A DNA stretch of 64,000 bases. It comes from Octopus bimaculoides. Its lineage: Eukaryota. The notes below the pieces were generated by a model. The model had not been told where the DNA came from, did no database searches, and worked only from the letters and a program-made list of their open reading frames with translations. Positions 49,801 to 60,782 of this stretch are shown one piece after another. Position 1 is the first letter of the stretch. Each line of letters begins with the position of its first letter. The stretch is taken from the NCBI RefSeq assembly GCF_001194135.2, contig NC_068983.1:149494755-149558754 (forward strand). The letters run 5' to 3'. The position numbers were made by a program, and so were the translations under genes.

Positions 49801-52800
49801 ACCACCAAACAGTCACTATAACCTTCATTTTGAAAAGCTCGGATTTAGGGAATGTTTTTGTTGCTTCATTTTGGTCCAACCACTGCGAAGAACGTTTTTT
49901 GTTATTATACAGAATCTACTTTTCATTGCAAGTTACAATACAGTTGAAAAATTGATTAGCCTGGTTATGGAGAAAAAGCGACAATTTTCTGATTTTTATT
50001 CAAATCATGTGGTACCCATTTGTCGAGCTTTTTTGATTTTCCAATCGCACGCAAATGGTTTCTGACAGTTTTCTGGCTAACTTGAAATTCTTTTGCTAGT
50101 TCTTGAGTGGATTCTTCTCAATGATGATCTTTAATTGACTGTCATCAATGACAGATGGGCCTCCACTACACTCACGATCTTCAAGGCTCAGGTCTCCACT
50201 GTGAAATCATTTAAACCATTTTCGAACTGACTACTCACTAGTCATTTCCTCACCAAACGTTTTGTTGATATCGCAAGTAGTTTCCTCTATTTATGTCCTT
50301 TTTTGAAACTGAAAAGCAAAATTGCTCGAATATCACATTTTGACAGTTCCATTTCAGATGATTGTAACAATGGTAAAAAAAATATCAATGTTGATTTATT
50401 GATGCATTTTGACAAGTGTGTGTCTATATTATCAGACAATTGTAAAAAAATGTTTAAAAAAATTCAAAACTCAGCAAAAATCCAATACAAATTCTTCATG
50501 GTTCAAAACACTGCTTACTTTTTACTCAACCTGATATTTTACAGTCACCATGAAATAAATATCAATCATGCACTGGGGCTGATTCAAATGATTATACCCA
50601 ACTCCTGGAATTTATGGCCAAAAGAAATCATTATTAATTTTAATTAATGTGTCTGTGAGGAATGAACTATTAGAGTCAACAGTATCACACTCCTGGTCAA
50701 AAACTCTATCAATTCCTTGCAAAGCCTTCACTTAACGGCAGTTAAACCACATAGAATAAAAATGGGGATGGGGGAGGTATGCCAAAATGCAAGTAACGTG
50801 ACAAATGAGAAATTTTAATTGTTTCAACTAATCATATTGATTGAATCATAATAATTTTTAATGAACAAATGAATAAAGCTGCAATGGGTCTTACAGATTG
50901 AGTATCATGAAATTCAATGTTTCTTGAACTAAAACTTATGTGTTCTCATGTTTCCAGTGCTTACAAGAATATTAAAGAATTCAAAACATTGATTGAGGAT
51001 GAACTTCTTGGTGCAATATGCTCAGATCTCCAAAAAAACACTCAACCAAAAGCAGCACCTCAGAATGCCAGAAGAGCTTCTCCAGATTCCTTTCATCAGC
51101 CTTCATCATCATATAATCCAAATGGTTCAAGCCAACGTTTCCTTTTCAGGTTTGTCATACTTAAAACTTTTACAAAGTTGTTTATATTTACCTGTAATTT
51201 ATCTTTAAAATAACGGGGTGGGGGTGTATGTGTGTTTTTTTCTTTTTTCTTTTTCTTTGCAAGTATTGGTTTCTTTTGTCTAATAAAAAAATGTCATAAT
51301 ACAGGCAAGACAGAAACAAGAAATTGTAATATCCATGCTTTCCTTAGTGGTGCAGATGAAGTTTATATAAAATTGAAATATTCACAGACTCATATCGCAT
51401 ATTTTCTGAAGGTGAATATCTTATTCTATGGCACTTATCACTTTTCTTTTTTAATGCTAACAAATACATTTTTAGCAACAGTAACACTTCTCTTCTAAGC
51501 CTTGTGATGTATAATATGTGGAGGCGCAATGGCCTAGTGGTTAAGGCAGCGGACTCGCAGTCATAGGATCGCGGTTTCGATTCCCAGACCAGGTGTTGTG
51601 AGTGTTTATTGAGTGAAAACACCTAAAAGCTCTATGAGGCTCCGGCAGGGGATGGTGGCGAACCCTACTGTACTCTTCCACCACAACTTTCTCTCACTCT
51701 TACTTCCTGTTTCTGTTGTGCCTGTAATTCAAAGGGTCAGCCTTGTCACACTGTGTCATGCTGAATATCTCCAAGAACTACATTAAGGGTACACGTGTCT
51801 GTGGAGTGCTCAGCCACTTGCATGTTAATTTCACAAGCAGGCTGTTCCGTTGATTGGATCAACTGGAACCCTCAACGTCGTAAGCGATGGAGTGCCAACA
51901 ACGATGTATAATATAGACCATTATATCTATCTTGGAGAAGACCAAGAATGAGATGGTTGGATAATAGCCATTGTCTCACTGGTTTCTTCTGATAGGACCC
52001 TATGGAAAAGTTGACTACACCCATGGCACTTCCTAGAATAGTGGGCAGAAATGGATGGATGGATTGTAAGTCACTTAGTCTCAAGAGACTTAGAGTAGTT
52101 AGGATTTTAAATAGTTGATTAAATTTCACATCCTAAAACTCTAATAATTCCTGGAAATTTTAGGTACAATGACTATAACTGCTGACCACATATTTGGTCA
52201 TAAGTTCAAAGTTTTCTGCTACACTTTTGATGGCACCTGTACCAGTGGAGCGCTAAGAGCTCCGTCCAAGCGTGATCGTTGCCAGAGCAGCTGTCTGGCT
52301 TCCGTGCCAGTGGCACGTAAATAGCACCATTTGAGTGTGATCATTACCAGCGTTGCCTTCCTGGCACTTGTGCCGGTGGCACGTGAAAAGACATTCGAGC
52401 GAGGTCATTGCCGGTGCTTCCGGACTGGCTCCTGTGCAGGTGGCACATAAAATACACCATTTTGAGCGTGGCTGTTGCCAGTACCGCCTGACTGGCCTTC
52501 ATGCCGGTAGCACGTAAAAGTACCCACTACACTCTTGGAGTGGTTGGCATTAGGAAGGGCATCCAGCTATAGAAACTCTGCCAAATCAGATTGGAGCCAT
52601 CTGGTTCGCCAGTCCTCAGTCAAATCGTCCAACCTATGTTAGCATGGAAAGCGGATGTTAAACGATGATGATGACTTAGATTTGTTGTATGATGCACATG
52701 TCACTACTTGCTTCAGTGTACCCAACCGATGGCATGTTCTGCTGCTCTTCACGACTAAGTTGTTCAGGTAGGAAGAACAACCAGCTATGAATGTAGTTGC

Positions 52801-55800
52801 CCAAGAAAATCTGTTTTATTCTTGCTAAATGGAAAAATGGATGTAAAACAACAACAAAAAGAAAAGAAATAAAAAAACATTTGCAATCTTCAAAACAAAG
52901 AAAAGCAAGAAAAGCGTTGAACAACTCCTTAAAAAATTGTTTTAAAACTATACCAATAATTTATTATTAGTAGACACAGACAAGCTGCATGGTTCAGAAG
53001 TTCACTTCACAGCTATGTGAATTAGGTTTGATCCTACTATATAACAACTTCAGCTATGCTCAGTTCTCATCCACTCCCTGTTTATTACAATTTGTGTTTT
53101 TAATTATAAAAGAGGTATCTAAGATTAGTTGCTGATAAGAATCCTTGTATGATTATAACCTAATTTTCATGGCTGAAGTTCAAAACTTAGAAGTGAGAGG
53201 CCCTATTAAACCTAGCAAAGACTAAAGTTCTAATTAGTAGTTTTAAAAAAAAGGTATAACTTTATTGCCATTAGGCAAATGACCATGTTTAATATGAAGA
53301 AATAATAGGTAATAAATTCTATACGACATACTCAGTGTTAACTGTGGTGCCCATGAGGTGCAGTGAGATCATAAGGCAGGTTGATAGAGAAGACATCCTA
53401 GAATAGTAAGCTTCAAGACGATCCATGAAATAAAGTCTTTCAAAAGCCTTAATATCTTCATTACCTAGGTGGCTTAATTAGCAATGGAGGAGAGTGTCTT
53501 AAAATTATAATTACCAGTGTAAGAACAGGGTTGAAAAAGTTGAGGAAGTTACCACTTCTGCTGGCAGCAAAAAGATTTTTTCTCCAATTGAATGGGAGAC
53601 TCTATGATGTTTGTGTATGAAGTACAGTGTTGCTTGGTTGTGAATGTGAACATTGAATGCAGATAAGATGTGAAAGCTGGAAATAAGTGAGGCAGAGATA
53701 CTCTGCTCAATATGTAATGTTAGTGTTCATGAACAATAGGACACATGAGTTGCAAAGTAAAATTGGGTATGAGAGGAATCAAATATAGAGAGCAAAAAAG
53801 AAGACTGAGCTGGTAAGGACATGTGATGCATATGTAGGATGATAGGCAAGGAAGTGTTGAGCAATCTATGTAGAAGGTGCCTGCAGAAAAGGAAGACTGA
53901 AGAATAAATAGTGAAAGCTGATCTCAGAAAGTTACATGTGTTAGATGACAAAAGACAAGTGACTAATTCTGTGCTGAAAACCTGTCCATCCCATGTAAGC
54001 ATGGGAAAACATGAAATAATGATGATGATGATCATGTGGATAATTGTTTCTCATTAATACTATCATGACTTATTTGTTTCATCCTGCTTTTCTTTTGTTG
54101 CTAGGAATCAAGTTGATCCATTTAACTATGGTACTGGGGATCTTGATCCACTAGCACCTGGTGGTGGAATGTCATTTGATCCAAGGTTCAGTGAAAGGGG
54201 CGGCTTTGGACAGTTTCCCAGACCAAGGTTTGTTTACTTCTCTCTTTATTTAATTCCAGAACTTTTTTTTATCTTTTCTTATTAAATTATTTATGAATTC
54301 TATTTATTTAATACATATCATCATCATCATCGTTTAACGTCCGCTTTCCATGCTAGCATGGGTTGGACGACTTGACTGAGGACTGGTGAAACCGGATGGC
54401 AACACCAGGCTCCAATCTAAATTTGGCAGAGTTTCTACAGCTGGATGCCTTTCCTAACGCCAACCACTCAGAGAGTGTAGTAGGTGCTTTTACGTGTCAC
54501 CTGCACGAAGGCCAGTCAGGCGATACTGGCAGCAGCCACGCTTGAAATGGTGTCTTTTATGTGCCACCCGCACAAGCCAGTCCAGGGGCACTGGCAACGA
54601 TCTCGCTTGAAAACCCTACGAAGGCTAGTCAGGCGGTACTGGCAACGGCAGGAGGCCAGTCAGGCGGTACTGGCACAATGTGGAAAATGTAAAACAGAAT
54701 ATACAAAAAAAGAAATACATTTATAAAAATAAAATTGAAAAATATATTTTGAGTTATTTTTATGTTTTCATTATATTGTAAACTTAAAGTCCTGGAGGAC
54801 ATAACAGCTGCCACTGTTCTTGTTATTTCCTATGATATCACTTTTATCTTTTTGCCTAGTCAGTTTGTAACATTTCTTTATCATTTAGATTTGTTTCTTA
54901 TAGGAAGATAAAACTTTTAGTTTTAAGATTGTGAGTTTAACAGATTACCTTTTAATTTCAATGTTTTTGTTTTATAAACATCAAATATACAGAATCCAAA
55001 TAATTTTTTTTCTTTGTGTAGCTATGTTCAGTGTTTACTATCAATGGGAAATTAATTATGTTATGTTCAAGACTTCCTCAAGGCATTAGTTGTGTAAGAG
55101 ACTTGCAATAACTACAACAAAATATAATACCTGGGTAATGAACTTGGCATACAAGTAGCTTCCCTCCACCATATTATTTAACTTCTAATAGGTGTGAAAA
55201 TAGAAATGGTTGTACATTAGACTATATGCCTTATCTAATTTTGTCCATCAACCCTGTTTGTTGCCTTGATCTTTCACTTCCTCTGGGGTTGGTAATATAA
55301 GTACCAATCATGTACTGGAGTCATTTCAATGAGCTATACCTTTTTCCTATATATTTGCAGTCCTGTGTCAGTGATAATAGTTTCTTATTTTTCCTAGACA
55401 AGTGTGAAATAGTGAAGAAAGTTGAAAGTCAGAGTAAATTCATTTCAGGATTTAGTGACCCACTCAATATCATCATTTAATGTCCAATTTCCATGGTGGC
55501 ATGGGTTAGATGGTTTGACAGGATCTGCAAGCCATAGAGCTGTGTTAGGCCCCAGTGACAGCTAGGCATAGTTTCTATGGTCGGATGCCCTTTCTAACAC
55601 CAGCCACTTTATAGTGTGTACTGGGTGCATGATAGGGGAACAAGCACAGGTATTTTGCTATGGAAGAGATACATGGCTACCTTGCATTATATGTGTAGGT
55701 GGATAAGGGTAGCTGGAAGGGAGATAAAGATAGCAGTGATGGAATGCCAGATTGTACTCTCAAGGTACAAGAAGTAGTATAAGGGAGAACATAGACAGTG

Positions 55801-58218
55801 AATCAATGGGGGAAGGAAAGAGTGGTAATTTCATAAGAGTGTGGGAGATGAGTGACAGATGGCTTGAGATTGGGTTAAAAGTGGATGGAAGTGTGGTTAA
55901 TGATAAATATCAGTGTGGAGAGGGGAAGTGAGAGAGATAGAAGTGGCTCCAGAAGGAGTTGGTGATAAGCAGCATTATTAATTTTATCTCTGTCTAGATT
56001 GATTTATGCCTTTCACCTTTCTAGAGTCAAGTTAATGAAAATGTTCTGGCTGCATAATTAAATACTATTTCAATTTGGCTGAAACAGTAAAAGCTTTTTA
56101 TATTTTCTTTTGTTTAATTTTCATGCTTGCATTGGTTAAATATAGAATACTTTCATTTGTCTCAGTCTTGTGTTTTATTGTCCATGAAGTATGATGTTCT
56201 AAGATATGGTCTTACTCTTTCATTCCATGTCTTTTTTTTTTTTTTTTTTGTATACTTCATCTTACATTGAAATAAGTATTTTAATGGTCTATTCGTTTTC
56301 ATTTTTTTATTTTTCAGATTTGATTTAATTGGACCTCCAGGAGTTTTGTAAGTTACTGACACACTGATTATGATTTTAGGAGTTCATGTATTAATGTGTG
56401 ATTGAGGCATTTCTGAAGAATTAGTCTTCATGTAGTGTAACAGAAAGTAACTTGACAACAATTCCTCATTAGTTTGTTATAATTTGGAAATTTAAATACA
56501 TCATTCCAAACTATCACATCACTTGTGGATGAACCAGTAATGAAGCTTTCTAGAATCTCCTTCAACTCATACCCTATCATCTTACAAAAGAAGAATACAT
56601 TGATGAATGTAGTTTTGGTTGTACTGTGTCTTGTGATAAGATGAGATGATCATGGCTGGCATACATTTGATCATAAGTCTGCTCAGTCAAGTTTCACCTT
56701 AGCTAAACTACAAAGCACTTGTCAGTCATATAGTACTTCTTTACAGCAATGATCTGTACTCCCACTCTACCTAACATTATTTACATTTGCAGAAATTTGA
56801 TCAATAAAATGTTAAGTACTTTCTCCTAGAAAGATATTGCAGTGCTGGTGGTGGAGCTTGAATCAGTGACTCTTCAATAAATACATCAGCAGAAAGACTC
56901 TTCACTGACTGTAATTAAATATATGATAAGGCTCAAAGAAAAATTTGTTTTTTGAAACAACCATTGAAAGCTTCATTTAATTTTATGTATTTTAGTTAAG
57001 TCAACCTAGCAGAGCTTCTCTCTAAACTGAGCCACTGAATAAATTCTCAAATATACAGGGGGCTGGGTACAGTATTTGAATTGTAGACAAATAAATTGTT
57101 GTTTAGTTATAGCTTCAGACAAGTTTCTCTCTTGTCTCACTGGTGATTAAACACTGCAATCATTTCCATGGCAGCAGAAAATCATTTTCTTTAAATCTTA
57201 ATATTTTGATATTTTTGTTTCTTAATAATCATATTTATAATACTATGATTCAAAATCTATTTGTTTGTGTGTTCTCAAATTTTAAAGAAATAGTATATTC
57301 ATCATCATCATCATCATCGTTTAACGTCCGCTTTCCATGCTAGCATGGGTTGGACGATTTGACTGAGGACTGGTGAACCATATGGCTCCACCAGGCTCCA
57401 ATCTGATTTGGCAGAGTTTCTACAGCTGGATGCACTTCCTAACACCAACCACTCCGAGAGTGTAGTGGGTGTTTTACCTGCCACCAGCACGAGGGCCAGT
57501 CAGGCGGAACTGGCAACAGCCACGCTCGAAATGGTGTGTTTTACGTGCCACCTGCACAGGAGCCAGTTCATCGGCACTGGCAACGATCTCGCTCGAATGT
57601 CTTTTCACGTGCCAGGGAGGCGACGTTGGTAACGATCAACAGCCACGCTCGAAATGGTGTTGTGGTGATAAAATGTTTCAGCAAATGTACCCTTATGTAT
57701 AAGCTCTTTTGCTTAAAATAAGTTCCTGCACATTTCTGAAACATTGAAAACAGGACAATTTTTTCTTTTTATTATATCAACACAGAAAAGAAAATACTCT
57801 CCATTGATGGACAACTGACAATAGGAAATAACACATGTGCATGCATGCACACACACATAGAATGAAAAACGATATATCAAACACATATAGCATTCTCAGT
57901 AGTGTTAGTGATTAGAGTATTTGGTTCACAATTGTAAGATTGTGAATTTGATTCTTGGTTTTGTATTGTGCCCTTGAGCAAGACACGTTATTTCATATTG
58001 CTCCCATCCACAGCTGGCAAAATTGAGCAGCACCTGTGTTTCAAAGAGTCACCCTTATTACGTACTGTGTCATGCTGAAACTCCTTGAAATGCATTGAGG
58101 GTACATGTGTCTGTGGAGGGCTCAGCCACTTGCATATTAATTTCACAAGCAGGTTATTCCATTGATCGGATCAACTGGAACCCTCACCATTGTAACGAAT
58201 GGAGTGCCAGTTACCATC

Positions 58219-58287
<69 letters not shown>

Positions 58288-58808
58288 AGGGGGTGCTGAA
58301 AAGTTCCTGGCTTTGGATAAAAGAAAATACAGGAGGATCAGTTAATTATGATTTTATTCAATGTATTCCCCACTCAGATTCAAACTTATTGCAGCAGTCC
58401 TTCGTCTTTTTCCAAGCCCTGTAAAAGAACTTGGAAGGTTGGGCCTCCAACAAGGCCTTTCGTGTTACCCTCAAAGCCAGGAACTTTTCAGCACCCCCTT
58501 GTGTACACACACACACACGTGTGTGTGTGTGTGTGTCATTTCTTTTTGTGCTATATTTATTGAAATGCATGTAAGATTTAAAGCAGTACAATAAAAAAGA
58601 AACTATCTCTGATGCTATTATTATATAAACAGTGTGGTTTGAAATAAAATATATATGCAGAATTGTAATGATTCTCATGCAACAATTGATTCACTGAGAC
58701 TGTTATTTCCTTTGCAATGTCAGTTATCTTTCAAGTTAATATTTTTTTCTCTATTCCAGACCTGATCCTGATCATCTGCGGCAGCCAAACTTCAGGGATT
58801 TTATTTAG
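37679..58808 (+). CDS. PSMF1: proteasome inhibitor PI31, 251 aa: join(37679-37810,41868-42017,47074-47153,50958-51149,54105-54227,56318-56347,58760-58808)
   Basis: Spliced frame is continuous (756 nt including stop) with GT-AG introns. Motifs GLELLF..QDAAICLLHW, SELLPPDWN..DVYILNY, AYKN, G.GDLDP..PGGGM.FDP, RFDLIGP and PDPDHL align with human PI31 (AGLEVLF..QDALVCFLHW, SELLPAGWN..DLYVLRY, TYKN, GGEDLDP, ARFDPFGP, PNPDHL). Confidence 0.96.
40667..40856 (-). mobile_element. RTE 3'-tail copy in PSMF1 intron 1
   Basis: (cat)n tttaatgtccgctttccatgctggcatggg..ggatgcccttcctaacaccaaccactcagagagtg. Confidence 0.85.
41868..42017 (+). CDS. PSMF1: PSMF1 exon 2
   Basis: ttttatttcag|AAAATTGGT...AATCTAATG|gtaaag; 50 codons. 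Confidence 0.95.
43124..43358. mobile_element. foldback MITE with about 105-bp inverted arms
   Basis: 43124-43227 pairs with 43250-43358 (gttgtgtctggggagagtc..ttgcatc / gatgcaac..gactctcccagacacaac), with one small indel. Confidence 0.9.
43590..45650 (+). mobile_element. degenerate Penelope-like retroelement
   Basis: SKDVISLYPSIN (44180-44218, PLE RT motif), YYVKPWPLSI/VHRNSA (about 44885-44935, frameshifted FY.KP..S motif), TPKGELACKL..IKIVEK (45241-45340) and a hammerhead-like relic at the 5' end. Confidence 0.65.
44482..44571 (+). repeat. 45-bp tandem duplication (2 units)
   Basis: aaaactgcatt(g/a)aaaggcca(c/t)gtgttcaaactgtata(ca/tg)caagaa twice; reads KTALKGHVFKLY(T/M)QE twice. Confidence 0.9.
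45883..46140 (+). mobile_element. RTE 3'-tail copy in PSMF1 intron 2
   Basis: ..gcacccactacactctcggagtggttggcgttaggaagggcatc..gcatggaaagcagatgttaaac(gat)n. Confidence 0.9.
47074..47153 (+). CDS. PSMF1: PSMF1 exon 3
   Basis: Long pyrimidine tract, tag|AATCTTGAT...TTCCCTAA|gtaagt; 80 nt. Confidence 0.92.
47960..48337 (+). mobile_element. mariner transposase remnant
   Basis: HPKKILLIVYLDIKGLTHYELWGLNQSITSVY and VLFYQDN resemble the mariner KK.ML.VWWD.KG.IHYELL and HDN motifs. Confidence 0.75.
48338..48726 (-). mobile_element. internally deleted RTE 3' fragment in PSMF1 intron 3
   Basis: The distal 3' UTR with its (cat)n tail is joined at about 48637 directly to the ORF2 end (atttggcttgccaggtcttctc..). 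Confidence 0.88.
49329..50534 (-). mobile_element. mariner element, about 1.2 kb, decayed
   Basis: TA on both sides; about 40-bp TIRs (ttaggctcagtaaaaagtaagcaacgttttgaaacatg vs tcaggttgagtaaaaagtaagcagtgttttgaaccatg); LGYEVLPHPAYSPDLSPTNYHFF. Confidence 0.9.
50958..51149 (+). CDS. PSMF1: PSMF1 exon 4
   Basis: catgtttccag|TGCTTACAAG...CTTTTCAG|gtttgt; 192 nt, phase 2-2. Confidence 0.92.
51521..51900 (+). mobile_element. tRNA-derived SINE (third family), CpG-decayed intronic copy
   Basis: gaggcgcaatggcctagtgg..ggtttcgattccc..ggagtgccaacaac. Confidence 0.9.
52229..52674 (+). mobile_element. RTE 3'-UTR copy in PSMF1 intron 4
   Basis: Internal gtggcacgt(a/g)aaa..cacc subrepeats, then the common tail ending aaac(gat)n. 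Confidence 0.9.
54105..54227 (+). CDS. PSMF1: PSMF1 exon 5
   Basis: cttttgttgctag|GAATCAAGTT...AGACCAAG|gtttgt; 123 nt; NQVDPFNYGTGDLDPLAPGGGMSFDP... Confidence 0.93.
54317..54675 (-). mobile_element. RTE 3'-UTR copy 90 nt downstream of PSMF1 exon 5
   Basis: (cat)n cgtttaacgtccgctttccatgctagcatggg..; nearly identical to 48338-48600. Confidence 0.9.
56318..56347 (+). CDS. PSMF1: PSMF1 exon 6 (30-nt microexon, FDLIGPPGV)
   Basis: ttttttatttttcag|ATTTGATTTAATTGGACCTCCAGGAGTTTT|gtaagt; supplies the conserved RFD..GP motif. Confidence 0.9.
57299..57662 (-). mobile_element. RTE 3'-UTR copy in PSMF1 intron 6
   Basis: Same tail and subrepeats as 54317. Confidence 0.88.
58286..58501. mobile_element. 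mariner-derived MITE in a (TA)/(CA) microsatellite
   Basis: Perfect 29-bp TIR CAAGGGGGTGCTGAAAAGTTCCTGGCTTT at 58286-58314 and 58473-58501. Confidence 0.92.
58760..58808 (+). CDS. PSMF1: PSMF1 exon 7 (terminal coding exon)
   Basis: tttttctctattccag|ACCTGATCCTGATCATCTG...TTTATTTAG; (L)PDPDHLRQPNFRDFI*. Confidence 0.92.
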
Positions 58809-58880
58809 TAGTTTGCTGAGCAGATATGAAATCTTTGTAAATTGTCATTTTTACTATTTTACTTATTTTACCAGAAATTC

Positions 58881-58886
58881 AATAAA
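58881..58886 (+). terminator. probable PSMF1 polyadenylation signal
   Basis: AATAAA about 70 nt after the stop codon, followed by a T-rich downstream tract. Confidence 0.5.
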
Positions 58887-59300
58887 CATACATTTATATC
58901 AACATTTGTCTTTTATTATTTCAAAATGATTTTTTTCTTTTATCTTTTTTTTTTTCAGTGTCTAGTGTGGAAATTTGCTTTTTGAAAATATATTCACTAT
59001 CTTCCACACATTATATGGTTTCTTATTTTTCAGGCTTGGCTTTTCAGATGCTGGTATCACATAAAAAGCACCTGTGCTGGTGCTGTGTAAATGAACCTGT
59101 GTTGGTGGCACAAAAATAGCACCCAGCATACTCTGTTAAGTGGTTGGCATTAGGAAGGACATCCAGCCATAGAAACCATGCCACAACAGACAATCTTGAT
59201 AGCTCCCAGCTGGCCAGCTCCATGTCAAACCATCCAACCCATGCCAGCATGGAAAGCAGACGTTAAACAATGATGATGATGATATTGGCATCATCAACGT

Positions 59301-59374
59301 TTTGCTTTGGTCCAGTGGTAAAATGCCTGTCATGCTTACAGGAGATGTGGGTTCAAGTCCTACTTGCAGCTTTT
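59301..59374 (+). pseudogene. tRNA-like Pol III unit (degenerate; TGC at the anticodon position)
   Basis: A box TGGTCCAGTGG, B box GGTTCAAGTCC, anticodon stem CCTGT/ACAGG with a 7-nt loop, T stem GTGGG/CCTAC, TTTT directly after. The D and acceptor stems are mismatched. Confidence 0.55.
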
Positions 59375-60221
59375 GACTTTTTCTATCTATTGGGTTTTAA
59401 CCTAATATTTGCATGCTATTATTTATAGCTTCATGTATATTTGTATTGCTTCCCACCATATTGTCTTGGGTTTAGTCCTACTGTGCAGCACCTTGTGCAA
59501 GTGTTTTTTACTATAGCTGCAGGTGAGTCAATTTGGTAGACTAGAACTGAAAGAAACCCATTGGATATCATCATCATCTTTGTTTAATGTCCATTTCCCA
59601 TGGTGGCATGGGTTGGACGGTTTGACTGGGGACTGGCAAGCCAAGAGGCCTCACTAGGCAGGGGCATATACTCTGGGTGAGCTAGGTGTGTGCGGTACAC
59701 CCATCGAAAATGGCAAATTCATTATAAATATTAACCTTACTCATTAATTCAATCACAAATCAATGGAAAACTTTTGTTATACCCTTGCTTGAAATTTGGT
59801 GGCAGGTGTCCTGAAATAACACTGCACACCTTACAGCACATTATATCATAATATGGTCCCAGGCATATCATAGGATAATGGGAGAATGGCAAAAAATTCA
59901 TGGAGAAGGGTGTGCAACAGCTTCAACAGCACAGTCACATGCTCATTTTCATGGTGAGAAGTACATTTAAATTAGTTTAAAATTCCTAAACTAAAACTAA
60001 TTTTTTTTACAATGATTTTTTTTCTTACAATATCATTCATCTTAATTTGTTTTCAAAACCAATAATAAAGTGGTTCATTGTACAATGAGATTATCGAACA
60101 TCTTACATCTGAAAGAAGAATAGAACTTACATATAAGTAATTTAAGTAAGTAAAATTATATGGTTTCTTGCTTTTCAGTGTGTGTGCATAAGAAAATTAT
60201 GGCTTATTTTAGAATGCTTAT

Positions 60222-60275
60222 AATTTATAAGGTACTATTAATTTATAAGGTACTATTAATTTATAAGGTACTATT
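60222..60275. repeat. 18-bp tandem repeat, 3 perfect units
   Basis: AATTTATAAGGTACTATT three times. Confidence 0.95.
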
Positions 60276-60454
60276 AACTCAGTTTACTTTAGTGTCATAT
60301 ATCCGTATCCCAATTGATTTAAGTTGACATTATTTACATTTTGGATCCCATATTTTGAGTAAAGATACACAGCTTGTATGCCTAATTTGAGTAATATTAA
60401 TATTAGTCATAGTATGGTCAGTGTGGCAGTACACCCAATGACAACAGCCACCAT

Positions 60455-60497
<43 letters not shown>

Positions 60498-60782
60498 TGA
60501 CAAAGGAATAAATGATTATCTTATGAACAGCTGTTTCTGCTACAAGATACAATGAACTCATAGATGAGTGCCTGAATAGCACCTTATAGCTTCATCAGAT
60601 CCTTGAATATGAAGTGCTCTATACTCAACTAATGCTTTGTTCTGAAGTATACATATACTGAATTCTACACCATGTTATTAGTCCTTGAATGCCTAGGATA
60701 GCTGTGGGAAAAAGTGCCACAGCCTNNNNNNNNNNTAGTCCTTGAATGCCTAGGATAGCTGTGGGAAAAAGTGCCACAGCCT

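Noticed and set aside
52240-52520. CRISPR-like array of GTGGCACGTAAAA..CACC repeats with variable spacers (also 61140-61410 and 100-330)
   Set aside because: These are internal subrepeats of the RTE 3' UTR, present in every copy. The spacers are related to each other, there are no cas genes and the context is eukaryotic.
58505-58536. (AC)7(GT)9 perfect palindrome
   Set aside because: Simple-sequence junction beside a MITE; common in such genomes and uninformative.
58806-58829. Tandem TAG TAG stop of PSMF1 as an A-to-I read-through switch
   Set aside because: Both codons would need editing, no pairing partner is visible, tandem stops are common and the extension (WWFAEQI) would not restore HbYX.
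60679-60782. Exact 47-bp direct repeat
   Set aside because: The two copies flank a 10-N gap, typical of an unmerged contig overlap.
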